DNA of 62,598 nt, the filler included, from Rhabdomonas costata (Eukaryota): the NCBI GenBank assembly GCA_019059605.1. It is 39 parts of 39 records of this genome, joined end to end, with 100 filler letters (N's around TTAATTAATTAA, not from the genome) between each part and the next. Parts side by side here need not be neighbours in the genome. Positions count along the whole stretch, not along the records: positions 11,259 to 12,765 come from JAHMHO010014221.1; positions 12,866 to 14,372 come from JAHMHO010014222.1; positions 14,473 to 15,980 come from JAHMHO010014223.1; positions 16,081 to 17,587 come from JAHMHO010014224.1; positions 17,688 to 19,195 come from JAHMHO010014225.1; positions 19,296 to 20,803 come from JAHMHO010014226.1; positions 20,904 to 22,411 come from JAHMHO010014227.1; positions 22,512 to 24,018 come from JAHMHO010014228.1; 31 more parts are not named here. One strand, written 5' to 3'. This document shows positions 11,989 through 24,129 of the stretch, in pieces; within the stretch, counting starts at the first letter, position 1; each line of letters starts with the position of its first letter. Below the pieces are notes generated by a model. The model was given only the letters and a program-made list of their open reading frames with translations, was not told where the DNA came from and searched no databases. The position numbers and the translations under genes were made by a program.

Positions 11989-14968
11989 CTAATGAGGAAA
12001 GATGTCATTGGGCAGGAAATACCGTCAATGTTGTGTTAGTAGGCAACTATTCGAACCTCTTTCAGGGGTCCGGCGAGATTTAGTGCTACTTTTTTTGGAG
12101 CCCGAATTAGAACAGTCACGGCATGCACGCACGGAAGGATTGGCATTCACACTGCCGTCTTTGCTGCGCAGCCTCTGACAGCCTGTATGCTGAGGGTTTG
12201 ATTCCCTTCCATAACCTTCGGTGCTTCTGAGTCGTCACAACCGTGACCATTTAAAATCACCTCGAGTTGAAACACGTTGGAGATAATTTGGGATAAAATG
12301 TCTCCAAAGACATTTTCAATCGCGTCGTTGGGCTGCCTCCGAACAGTCAGGTATCAGTGAGATACAGCCTTTTTCCTGGCGTTCTCTACATCTCGCTTGT
12401 GAGACAAACAGGACTCAATAATGATACTTCGCAAAATTCGGGTAGTCATACCTCACTGGTACTTCGCAAAAGCGGCACCAAACGCAACCGTCTTGGCCTC
12501 AAATCTACCGGGAGAATAGCTGGCGATGCACTTAAGGAGAAGCTTCTGGCTGTTCTCGGGCGCCTTGACAGCAGAATCCTTCTACCAAACAAATTTCTTG
12601 GACGAGCGGAAGAAGAAGAGGGGTTTTTTGCCTTCAAAGAGAAGAAAGAATAGGACGAACTCATCTTTATGACCGAGGAAGAAGAAGAAGAAGAAGACTG
12701 AACAAGAAGCAGCACCAATGAAGAAGCAAAACCATCGAGCGTACTACTAACCACGACGTTAAAGCNNNNNNNNNNNNNNNNNNNNNNNNNNNNNNNNNNN
12801 NNNNNNNNNTTAATTAATTAANNNNNNNNNNNNNNNNNNNNNNNNNNNNNNNNNNNNNNNNNNNNTAAGGTAAAAAAACCAAGTAGGTGCGCTCTAGACC
12901 GGAACGTACCGCTCGCCATGCATTGGACGATGGTGTCTGGGCACCTTGCCTGAACAAAGCCTGAACAACTGAGCAGCGCTGCAAAGCACGATGCAAAACG
13001 CTTTCAACAATGGAGCGGGGGCATGCTCAAAAGACGCGGTTGTTTGTAGTGGAGACTGCTCCTTGGTATAATTGGTTAAGAGTCGCCGGGCCAGGACAGG
13101 CTCGAGGAAAGCTAATCTCTTTCGCTGTAAGTCCGTTCCTAACCTCTGAAGAGCTCTACGAGGGGAAAAGGCGAGTCATCTGCTGCTCAGGGTGGAAATG
13201 AGCCTCCACGCATTCTTTGGCAACACTACAAATGGCGCTGAAGACGTCACAGACAAATCGCAGGACACGTTTTAACACTTAACACTTTCTGGTGATATAG
13301 ATCATTCCACACAGGGCTTGGGCGAACTGTGCCAACAACCTCTAAATCTACCTCATCTCAGCCGAATAGTGGCTTGACACTCTGAGACACTGTTCCTGGG
13401 CCCCATTCCGTAGTACTGTGAAGGGACGTCTCAGATACATAGGGGCACAGAGGTAACCGCCAGTGGCACTGCTCGCGGGAACAAAGGGCTCGATGACTCC
13501 GTGCGTGTTTCAACGTTTCAGTTTTTTTTTAGCGTACGCAAAAGTAAGTAAAAAGACACGAAAAACCTCCAAAAGAAAGCTTGAAAATAACGAAACGGTG
13601 GCGACTTGTGATCTTGAAGTCAATGTCTTCTTGTTTTAAACAAGTTATAAAGAGTGAACCTTTGGGGGTTGGGTGTGGTTTTGGGGGTAAGGGCGGTTGA
13701 CGAGTTGACGGCTAGAGGTTAACGGCGTCCACCCCACCAATTCTTCTGAGAGAAAAAGAGAAGAGAGAGATGGCTGGCAGTTCAACACTGCTCAAAAGGG
13801 TGGTGGGTGGGCGTGCTCGGGGCTTTAGGGCGCTTTTGAAAAACGGTGTTGTTGGAAAGACAGACAGAGGACCCTCCGATGGGGGCTCGCCACTCATCGG
13901 CGGAGTGCACTCCAAGGGGGTGAAAGGCTCCAGGTCCTCGTCAGAGCAAGAGTGCTCTTCCGTGTCGGTCCACAGGGAGCGGTCCTCCTCAGCGGCAGCA
14001 GTCTCCTCAGCTACGAGTTCACCACAACGAGGAAGGACCACCCATAAACCAGTGGGACACGCAGATATATGACAGGGACACGTCTGTTTCAATAACGACC
14101 GAGAGCAGGGTGTTGACAAACTGTCCCTTGCAGGGCAATTGCCTAAAAGACTCGGAGGTCATCAAGAGTTAGCAAGAGTTAGCCGAGTACACCTGAAAAG
14201 AAGTTAAAGTTAAAAGTAAGAGAAGGTTAGGTTAGAAGGGAAGATCAAAGGAGTTCGAAATAGTTTTTTCGACCACCCATTGTACCTTCCCAGCCTGACT
14301 GAAGTTGTGTAACTTTGTGAGTTGACACTTATTGAGACATCGCGGAACGCAGAATCTGAGAAAACAACACCCNNNNNNNNNNNNNNNNNNNNNNNNNNNN
14401 NNNNNNNNNNNNNNNNTTAATTAATTAANNNNNNNNNNNNNNNNNNNNNNNNNNNNNNNNNNNNNNNNNNNNTGTGGTGTGTGTGCGCGTGCGTCTCTGT
14501 TTTTTTCTTCATGTTTTCATGTTTGTTTGTTTTGCTTGTCGTGAGAACGTTTGCGTTTCGGCGGGCTCCAATACAAGCGGGAGCGAGCTGGGAGCCTTCT
14601 GCGTACGAGTCAGGTACGCAGGAGATGGTGACCTACATCGCGGAGCTCATTTGTATCCAGGAGGTGCGATACAGCGCACCTTTTTCTGGGAGGACCGCAG
14701 CATTGGTGTTCGGGTGTGGACGAGATGAGGGTTCTCCGAACACTCTAATAGTGCAGGGCGCCCACACGACCCGGATACCCGTCTCGACGAATAACACAGT
14801 GATGTTTGTGGGCTTCAGGCGGCCAAGAGCCATTTGCCCGGACTCGTTTGGAGTGGGTTTTATTGTTTTATTTAAATACGTTGTGGGTGGTGTCGTAAAC
14901 CCTCCGCTGCGTGGGGCAAAAAGCGGCACAAAAGGGATACCAGAGAGCCGCCCAAGGGCACCATCACC

Positions 14969-15049
14969 GACCCCAAGGACCGGCCACGCAGCGTTTCGTG
15001 AGGCCTGTTGTACATACAGTTCTCCCCAGACCTGCTTCGGCTTAGCCCT
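14969..15049. repeat. ~80-bp dispersed repeat, copy 1
   Basis: GACCCCAAGGACCGGCCACGCAGCGTTTCG...AGGCCT...TACATACA...CCCCAG.CCTGCTTCGGCTTAGCCCT also occurs at 34216-34296 with unrelated flanks. Confidence 0.85.
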
Positions 15050-15267
15050 ACTCTTTTTTCTCGTTGGTTTCTTCCGTTTCTTACTTTACCTCTCGCCTTT
15101 CCCCTTTTCGAATGGGTTGACCACTTTTCCTTGTTTTTTTTTTCTGGAACCAACAGCAAGCAGCTGTTACTGTTTCTTTCCGTGCGAGATTTCCACGAAT
15201 TTCACTGAGAGATCAATCAGTTCTTCAAGCCCCAACGCCACATTATTACCCCGCCCCCTACACACAG

Positions 15268-15826
15268 CCAATCCGACCTGCAGCACCGTCGCCTGCCCCT
15301 CGGGCTTCACCGCCAGCAGCGCCAGCACAGTCTGCTCCTCTCTGTCGTGCAGCCAGGCCGAATGCTGCACAGGTTCAGGATTAGGGTTAGGGTCTTCTTT
15401 TGTCGCTCAAGATTTGTCCCGAATTTTATTTTGCATTATTCCTTTGCATCCTCGTGGACTTTCCCTTTTGGCTTCAAGTAGTGTGAAATTTCCCACAACT
15501 TAGGAGCTGTTTTCTTTGCACTGGACCTCTCACTATGTCTTGTGGACGGTTTCTCACGGTGGAAAATGCAAAGGGAAAGCATACTTTTTCGGTCTTTCAC
15601 AAATAGCAGAGTGGGAAAAGAGACGAAGGGAATGCAGGAGCGAGGGAATGGGTTGGATTATCCGATCTCAAAGAATCTTTGGGTTCGTAACTGTCGGTTC
15701 CTTCCCTTCCTCCACTCTCAGCCCTCCCGACTTGCAGCACCGTCACCTGCTCCTCGGGCTTCACCGCAAACAGCGTAAGCACAGTCTGCGGCTCCCTGTC
15801 GTGTAGACAGGCCGAGTGCTGCACTG
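15268..15826 (+). CDS. Cys-rich repeat protein, two duplicated 105-nt exons (15268-15372 and 15722-15826)
   Basis: NPTCSTVACPSGFTASSASTVCSSLSCSQAECCT and LPTCSTVTCSSGFTANSVSTVCGSLSCRQAECCT. Each exon is CAG/GT-bounded, phase 1-1, with 6 Cys. Confidence 0.85.
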
Positions 15827-16129
15827 GTTTGTTTTGTTCACCTGCCACTTCCCAATTTGGGGTGTTTCGCTTGTGGCGGAATTTTCCTATTCTGCATGAC
15901 TCACCATTGGTGGTGTTGCGTTCAGCCACCGAACCATTTGTCACTTGTCACCGCTCCGCCCCTCACTTGGGCTGTCGGCTNNNNNNNNNNNNNNNNNNNN
16001 NNNNNNNNNNNNNNNNNNNNNNNNTTAATTAATTAANNNNNNNNNNNNNNNNNNNNNNNNNNNNNNNNNNNNNNNNNNNNGGGGTGTGGTGGACATGTTA
16101 CTGAAGTTCTGGATTTCAGAGGCAAGCCG

Positions 16130-16944
16130 GATGTGAAGTGCAAGAGGAAGGGGTGCCAGATATGGATCCCTTGCTCCATGAACTCACTTTTGGAAGGCTA
16201 CAGAATCTCTAATAAGCAAGTTCTGTACTTGTTCCACTACTGGTCTCCTATGCTCGTCTGGACAACGTGCTGTGAATATGCTAGGACTGGGGGACCACAC
16301 TGTCGCTGATTGGAGCCACAGGCTCGTTTGTGTGTCAAATGCTTAAAAGGCCCGTCAAATGCCCTTGGGTTGGAAGGTGATTGTTGTGGAATGCGACGAA
16401 TGTGACGTTGCAAGGGCTCAGAATGGTCTACGTTGTCACAAAAATACTGTTAATGGTGATGTATGTGGCGCCCTCTGCCGAGATACAGGTCACCTTATAT
16501 TGGAGGTGTTCGACAAGTGGAAAAAGGGCGACGATGTTGAACGGCGCTTCGGACCACCAAGTGTGGATGATGTGGAGGATGATGTGCCTGACTTATATTG
16601 CCAAAGCCTCTATTCTCTTCACTGATGTGACTAGATGCTACGAGGTTATCTCCAAAAATGCTGGCTACCATCATGCCTAAGTTGAGCACGGGTCTGACCA
16701 GTGTGCCAATGATGCAACTAATGATGGGTGCAACATGAGAGTGCACACAAATGGAATTGATGGCTTCTGGAGCCGCTTGAAGACGTGGCTGAATGCTCGT
16801 GGGGGGGTGAAGGACCTCTTGTGTGAGAATCTGAAGTATTTTCAGTGGAAATATAACTTTCCTGACGATCCTGACGTGGCCACTTTCACTATTGATGCTC
16901 TTCCCGAAGGTAAAAACATTAGTGCAGTGCAGTTTCGCCAATAA
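16130..16944 (+). mobile_element. Degenerate Merlin / IS1595 (ISXO2-like) DNA transposase
   Basis: Ordered motifs across frameshifts and stops: LGLGDHTVADW, IVVECDE, GALCRDTG, SILFTD..CY, GYHH, VHTNGIDGFWSRLK..LNARGGV, LKYFQWKYN. Confidence 0.85.
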
Positions 16945-17746
16945 ATACAACCACTTGTTGCACAATGAAACTGTATCCCGCGGTTGAGAAGTAGCAACGA
17001 ATGTTAGTGGAAATGCCACAAATTTGCAAGCTGCTTGCTACGCTGCTCGTTCATATCGAAGCCTTTAAAAAGATGCTGTAACCAAGAGGTTAAGTATTTG
17101 TTAGAAATTGCGACCCAAACAAAGGATTAGTAAGAAAGTATTAGAGTAAGTTCCTGCAAACGTATGAGATGAAAAGTGTTCCTGATGATTATACAACATG
17201 TCTCACAGAGCAGACTGGGAGTGATGTGAACAAGAAGTGAAATATGAGATGAATAGAGTTTTCAGCTGCTTTCCCTTGGTGATTTGTGGTAGATTTGTGA
17301 TGGAGTAATGTAATCGTTGGTCAGAGAGTGGATGTAAAACTGCCCAGAATATGCCTAGCTACAGTGCTTGGACCCTCGTTTGTTTACAGAAACGATAAAT
17401 ATTATGGCAAATCCCAACAAGGGAAATAAAGTGCAGACCGTTGTTTGAAAGTGTTCGTACTCCATTTTGAACGCCTAAGCTCAGCAATAGCCATTAGAAA
17501 TCAAGCGGATGGTTTTCTTTGTGATAACCATTAGCTGTTCCAACATATTTAGATAGAACAAATTTGCTTGAATTGTATATGCAGACCNNNNNNNNNNNNN
17601 NNNNNNNNNNNNNNNNNNNNNNNNNNNNNNNTTAATTAATTAANNNNNNNNNNNNNNNNNNNNNNNNNNNNNNNNNNNNNNNNNNNNGGGTGTTGTTGAT
17701 TCCCTCCCAATCGATTGCCACTACCTCCTGGTGTTGGGGAGTGCAC

Positions 17747-19065
17747 ATCCACGATCCAGGCCTCGGAGGGAATCAACATCTCCGCAGTTAAGCCCAGTTT
17801 TCCTGGGAGGCGTCGGACATGGTCGAAGGAAAACGGCTCCCCGACGCACGCCCCCCCCCCTCCCATCGCTAAAAAAGTTTGTGCTCGGCTGCCTGTGAGT
17901 TGGAAAAGCGCTTCGACACTGCTGTGATCCATTGCTTCGCTCCGTGGATGACAGGACCCAAAGGAAGAAAGACTGAGAACTGATGCCCTCGTGCGGTGCA
18001 AACTTAATAAAATTTGACCCAATTGCAGCCATCCACATGAGGAGCTACACGCAAGGGGGGGACTGAGTCGGGAGCCAGAAATTCCGGCAGAACCCCGCGA
18101 CCATCCGCAGAAAAGCTCGCTCTTATTTCGGTAGCGACGCACGACAAGACAGCGCACGAGCTGAGGGAGTATGACCGTTTGTCGACCGAGCAAACCAAAG
18201 AGAAAGTACAACACCCTCTGTTTCTCAAGCATCATTGCGGGAACAGGCAGGGTGACAACACAAACATCGTACCCAACCATCAGCGATCAGCGGGAGAAAT
18301 GTTGACTTCGAAGGCAAGCATATGACTTCTTCAGGTGTGGCGCGGGCATACCCAGCAGCGCGGGGTCAGCAATTTGCCTGGACCACTCTGCGTCGAAGTT
18401 AGGGTCCTGGGGACTCACCGTCACGGCGTAGTACCTGTGAGCGAATTCGCCACGTCATTTTCTCAACCAGGTAAGAACGAATCCATCAAAACCAAATCAG
18501 AGCGCACTGAACCTGGAGTGTCCATCAGTGGATAGCCCCGAGAGATACCCCTATCCCTGTTCCAGAATGATTTATCGCAACCGGGGAAGTTTGAAGGGAC
18601 TGCACGAATGGAGCTTACCTTCGCAAAGGTCAATTGCGTTCGCTCATACCGACCTGAGGACCAGCAAGTGACCAGAAAGGGATAGGGATTTTAGGGATTT
18701 TAGGGATATTAGTTAGAATCTAGTGTGTCCATAGTGTCGTACCAAAACACACCGGCAGAAGGGACACGAAATGTGAAGAGAAGAAGTGAGCAGAAGTGAG
18801 TGGGCGAATAATTCCACGCGGTCGATGCATCTGGGTTCTGTTGGTGGCACATTCTTCATCAAAGAAAGGGGGGGAAAGAGGACTGAGTGAAGTTGAGTCG
18901 AGGTGTGCAAGTACCTGGCCCATTGCCAACCAAACCCCATGTCCTTCTTTTCAGCATCCTCCGACAAGGCGGCGTTGCGAGTCCTGACAAAAATCACCGC
19001 CGCCTTGACGTAGTTCCGGTCCACCTTGGCTGCCACCACGCCATCCTTCCAGGTCAAACCTTCGG
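17747..19065 (-). CDS. Hypothetical protein, three exons (19065-18915, 18434-18352, 17802-17747)
   Basis: In-phase GT-AG joins give EGLTWKDGVVAAKVDRNYVKAAVIFVRTRN...GFGWQWA-R-YYAVTVSPQDPNFDAEWSRQIADPALL-G-KLGLTAEMLIPSEAWIVD. Family not recognised. Confidence 0.55.
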
Positions 19066-19685
19066 CTGGAAGGCTGTGAGGCACGAGGCACACAATGGGG
19101 GGTGTGACCTGTCCAGTGGAGCAGATATCTACGCAAAACAAAGCAAGTGTAGTGGAGCGAACAGTGATTAGAGCATTTGCTTCACAAAACACCCCNNNNN
19201 NNNNNNNNNNNNNNNNNNNNNNNNNNNNNNNNNNNNNNNTTAATTAATTAANNNNNNNNNNNNNNNNNNNNNNNNNNNNNNNNNNNNNNNNNNNNGTGTT
19301 GGGTGTGTGTGGGTGGGGGGGGTAGCAGAAATATCGTGAGGAACGCCTTGAGGCCACAGAGAAGGTTTGCTCTCTCTCTAATTTCCTTCTCGCCGTAAAG
19401 ATTGGAAAAACGTGGCACGGCAAGGCACTGTCAACACAGTAAACGGCGTCCAGATAGTTCTGGAGGCGAGTGCATATTCAACGACAATTGTAGAACTCAG
19501 AACAGGAGCAGCAGCACGCAAGGAGGGAGGGAGGGAGGCGTGTGAGAACAGGACGGTAAGACACGGTTAGGGGCAAGGGAAAGAGGTCTGAAAGGGTGAA
19601 GGCTGCAGAGATAAGGAAGTGTGATGTGTACCGATGCAAGTGCGCGTCCACAAGGAACAAGAGTGGGGAGGATGGAAAGAGTTCC

Positions 19686-19692
19686 CTCTCTC

Positions 19693-19727
<35 letters not shown>

Positions 19728-19728
19728 G
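19686..19728. repeat. (CT)n/(CTGT)n microsatellite
   Basis: Read directly from the sequence. Confidence 0.95.
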
Positions 19729-19984
19729 ACTGTCTTAATTCTTCCCGTGGACATGGGTGGTATTTGCATTGGAATTCACGTTTCATTGGGAGCAATTCTG
19801 CGAACCTTACTGCCCCAGCTTTTCGAAGGAGTCGTTTCCGACTTACCCTTTGCAGGTACCCGACAGTGCAGTTGTTTTGAAGCAGTGCACATGAAAGCAA
19901 GCGATTCCTGCTTCCCATATGGCACGCCTCAAAAGGCATTGCGTTCCCCCCCCCCCCGTCCGGCGCGCACATTTGCGAAATCAG

Positions 19985-20296
19985 GACACTCCGGTGTGCC
20001 CCGGGGGGCGGTTCTCCTTGGTGAACAGTTGGGGGCAGCCCTTCACTCTGGCCTCGCTGGGCGGGAAGTGGGCCCTGCTGTACTTCGGGTTCACGAGCTG
20101 CCCCGGGTCGTGCCCCGCTGAGATGGCACGGGTGGCCCAGGTCGTGGCCCATGTGGACGAGCGCCTGGGGCGCGAGGACGTGCTACTGCCGGTGTTCATT
20201 ACCGTGGACCCTGCGCGGGACAGCTGCGCCAGGGTGAGAGAGTTCGTGTCGGAGTACTCCCCGAAGTTTGTGGGTCTAACGGGGACTCCGGAGCAG
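19985..20296 (+). CDS. SCO1: SCO1/SenC family copper chaperone exon (cytochrome c oxidase assembly)
   Basis: GGRFSLVNSWG...GKWALLYFGFTSCPGSCPAEM...PVFITVDPARD...FVGLTGTPEQ contains the CxxxC and DPxRD motifs. The exon is 312 nt, bounded by CAG and GT. Confidence 0.93.
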
Positions 20297-21809
20297 GTCG
20301 GTGGTTCTCTTTGGCGCCGTTCCTGTGTGGTCCCTCATGTGACTCCAGGCCCACAAGCATTGTGTTCCCGGCAATTCGCGGTGCCGATTTCTGGATTCGC
20401 ACTTCTCGCTCCTGTGGTTTTCCTGATCACAACCCCCCACACACGCATACTCGCGCGGGTTTGGTACGTGAGGGACTTCCTTTCGTTTTTATTCCTTCTT
20501 TTGGGTGTCCGTCCGCTTTTTGTCTTTGGCGATTCTCTGCCCCAAGTCAAGAGACTTTCAATTTCGAAGCGCTTTTGGGGGGGTCTTCTTTCTGTGACGA
20601 GGTGCCATCTGCTGAAGAAGTTTTTTCCCGCCTTTTTTCAAATCTGTGCAGGTTTTTTGTTGCCCTTTCATTTGTCCTCGTCCGCTTGATCGTCATATTT
20701 TACGTTTCCTGCGCAGCGACCAAATTTATTTTTGCTTTCTTGTGTTCTTGGCTTGATACAGCAGGAGTCACCCCCCCCCTCCCTCGCCAGTGGGCGACGC
20801 ACANNNNNNNNNNNNNNNNNNNNNNNNNNNNNNNNNNNNNNNNNNNNTTAATTAATTAANNNNNNNNNNNNNNNNNNNNNNNNNNNNNNNNNNNNNNNNN
20901 NNNGGGGGTGTGTGAAAGGCCGCGGACACCAACTCCCTCTCCCGCTTGTCGTTCTACGTTCAACCCGCCTTGACGTGCTTACGCGACCTTTCGCACACGC
21001 CTCCGTCATACCACGCTTCTGGCACCGCGTTGAATGATGTTGGGGGTGTCGTTTCCCGGTCACGTGGAGAGTTTTTTCTGCCTTTCCCACATCGGGGTGG
21101 ATGGGAAACACTTCGGGTAATTTGGGCGTTTCTTGCAAGGAAAGCACACCCGGAGCCTCTTTAGCCTATATAAATGCCGTGTCTGGGGACATGTCCTTTC
21201 TTTAATGAGCCGGGACCGGAATGTTTTCGTGGTGGTGGACTTGAGAAGCAGTTAGATTGGGTGTGGTTTGAAGAGACTAGCGCACGACTTTTTACTTTAC
21301 GCGACCGGCTGTTTCCGGAGGAGAAGGGCACGTAAAGGTCGGTTTAACCCAGCCATGTGTTCTGGAGGTTCTGGTTTGAGGTGTAACATGGCGGATTTGG
21401 CAATGCCGAAAGAAGTCAAAATACCAGCGTCCCAAAGATGAGCAAACCATGCTATCCGTACAAGTTGCACCATATTGGTGCACTTTCGTTTCGTTCTCAA
21501 CCAAAGCTATCGCCCAAAAGCGAAACAACATTGAAACTCTCGGCGCGGGCAATATAAGAAAAGAAACACATCCAACGCCAAGGGCATCGGCCTCAGTTCA
21601 TGTTTCTACACAACTCTCCTCCCACTGAACGCCCCTCCCCGGCATCCTGACGGCACTCGCGTCGCATTGAGGGCAAAAATTTATCGATCTATCATTAATC
21701 AATCTATCGACCGCAAACGCTCCCAACAAGTGCACAGCCTTCCCCTCCCCCCCAGGAAATCTGGGGTGTGGTATGCAACAGCAGCAGCAAAGAATGTTCA
21801 AGGGCATAC

Positions 21810-22108
21810 GGGGTGGGCCCAACGACCGACGTGAAGGTCGTGTAGGTTGGGCAGGCCACGATGGGCTGGAAATATTGGGCTGGTCCGGCGTAAGTGATCC
21901 CCAGGAAGGCGTTCAGCTTACCGTTGGGGGCAGCCGAGGCCATGATCAGGGCCACGGCCCCATTAATGCGCTGCTGGCTGTTGCCTCGAACTTTGAAGTT
22001 AACCGTCATCGGGTTACAGCCCCAGGTCGAGACCACTTCGATGGCCTGCACAGAGATACCCGTCCCTTCCTTCCGTAACACTCAGTCATACTGTCTGGGG
22101 ATGTACTC
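21810..22108 (-). CDS. Exon of a hypothetical protein; in-frame TGA if the upstream acceptor is used
   Basis: CAG|EYIPRQYD*VLRKEGTGISVQAIEVVSTWGCNPMTVNFKV...SVVGPT|GTATG, with coding-like GC content at third codon positions. Confidence 0.45.
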
Positions 22109-24129
22109 CTGATGTGATGCGGAAAGACGCTTTACAGACGCATCCACGCTAACTTTTCCTTATGGCAGTGGGCGGAAAAAAGAAACTAAAAAAAGCGAAA
22201 ACCTTCTTTAAACCGCTGAAACCGGGCATACCGCAGGGCCAATTCCGGTGAACCCATAGATTGCACTCGCGAACTTGGCCGACGTGAAGGTGGCGCAGTC
22301 CTGCAGCGAAAGCGAAACCGCCCTTTGTTTTGTATAAACCGGCGTGAGGTGAAAGTCAAAAACCAGGAAGCAAGAACAGACTGTGACAAGAACAGAATGT
22401 GCCCAACCACCNNNNNNNNNNNNNNNNNNNNNNNNNNNNNNNNNNNNNNNNNNNNTTAATTAATTAANNNNNNNNNNNNNNNNNNNNNNNNNNNNNNNNN
22501 NNNNNNNNNNNACTTGGAGCTTGGGAGGGGTTAGGAGTTTCCGCTCACCGGTTGAGAGCATGTGTGAATCTTAGTTAAAGCGTGCATTTCGTCCCCAAAG
22601 ACAGTAGATAGAGAAGTGTCACAGGAAGCTAGGAATTCTAGGTATGCGTGGACGTGTCACCACCTCTCTGTCAGGGCTCTTGGGAACCTCAGGGGTATCT
22701 CCTCTTGCTCTTCGCAGCCTTTTTAACTCGTCTGACACAAGAGAGATGATGCTGTTCCTTCTCCTTTTCCAAACTTTCCAAGTACACAGTGGTTTGCAGC
22801 TTTCGGTTTCTGGGGCTGAATCCGCAGCTCATCCTGCGGCTGTTTTGCAAGCAGTTTCAAGTGCTGGTTGATGAGAATCTCTCAGTGCTTGCGCCTGGGA
22901 TGCTCCACGGCGGTGATTTTGATGCAAAGCAAGAATGTAAGGAAACATGTTGCTTGTGAGGCGCAATTCCAGAGTCCAGAGTCGGCTAATCCAAAGCGCC
23001 TGTCCCACCGTGCCCCCGCGCTGCTAGTCGAGCTTTCGTGTACCTTGTCGGATCTCTTACGCTCCCGAGCTCGCAGTGCTGTTCCCTCGGCCTCGTGATG
23101 ATCCCAGGAACAGCCCTGGAGGAGTTCCAGTTCCACAGAAGGGGAATATTGGACACCCGACTCTCCGACTTGAATGGGAGGATTTCCGGGCTACGGGGTT
23201 GAGGCAGCAGATTTTCCGATTCCAGCGCCGCTGCACAAGTGAGTTGTTTTGCAGGGCTTTGCCATGAACTTGGGACGCCAAGCAGACACCGAGATTACAA
23301 ACCTCCCTGGGTGTTAGCTTGAATGTGATATCGAGGCTGCGAGGAAGGAAGCACTTGCAGCTTCCTCTTTATTGACCATGTTCACCATGGGTACGATCAA
23401 ATCAGATCGGATCAAGAAAGCGGAAGGCAAACGCTTGATGTTTTCGCTGCTTTCACCAACCTTGAACCTGGACAGATTTCAAGGTGGGGCTGCTGAGATG
23501 GAATGGGTTGCATCCTTGTCTTACTTCCCCAAACTGGGTACCAAACGGATCGACCATGGGAATGCAAGCATTTCCCTTCCTGCCTCAACCCAAATCCTTG
23601 GGTGTTGTCAGCAATCGGACTTCTTTTGTGGAAATGGAGGCGCTTGCAGCCTCCTGATTGTCTCCCAACCTTGCCTTGTGGCATTTGAGCGCCAAATAGT
23701 TGGGATACCACACTTCGGTGTGCGTGACATTATTTTGGCCCTCGTGCTCAGTTATGCGCGGAAAAGGACCCTATTTTTCTCCTGTGGTGTGGAATCTGGT
23801 CTCGAGTTTGGTCTCCCTCCCAAGGCCTTACTACAGAACGCTGCGTGGACGCCATAGACGTCTTTCCTGGTCCTTGATGGTGCGCGTAAATGCGGAGTAA
23901 AAAATGAGCGGGACTGAAGGTGAGCGCAACCCCGTGTGATAAAACCACCGCTGCAAAATGCGCCCGGGTTTACCACCATTGTTTTGTTGGTAAACGTTTG
24001 CTGTAGGAACAACCCACCNNNNNNNNNNNNNNNNNNNNNNNNNNNNNNNNNNNNNNNNNNNNTTAATTAATTAANNNNNNNNNNNNNNNNNNNNNNNNNN
24101 NNNNNNNNNNNNNNNNNNGTTTTTTTGGG

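Noticed and set aside
12866..14372. Decayed coding-like sequence here and in 22512-24018, 27333-28839 and 38595-40101
   Set aside because: Frames are broken and I could not match any family motif, so I make no call.
15381..15393. TTAGGG telomere-like repeats (also TTTTAGGGA units near 18689-18706 and CCTAACC units at 48872-48922)
   Set aside because: Only 2-3 internal units, too short to call telomeric.
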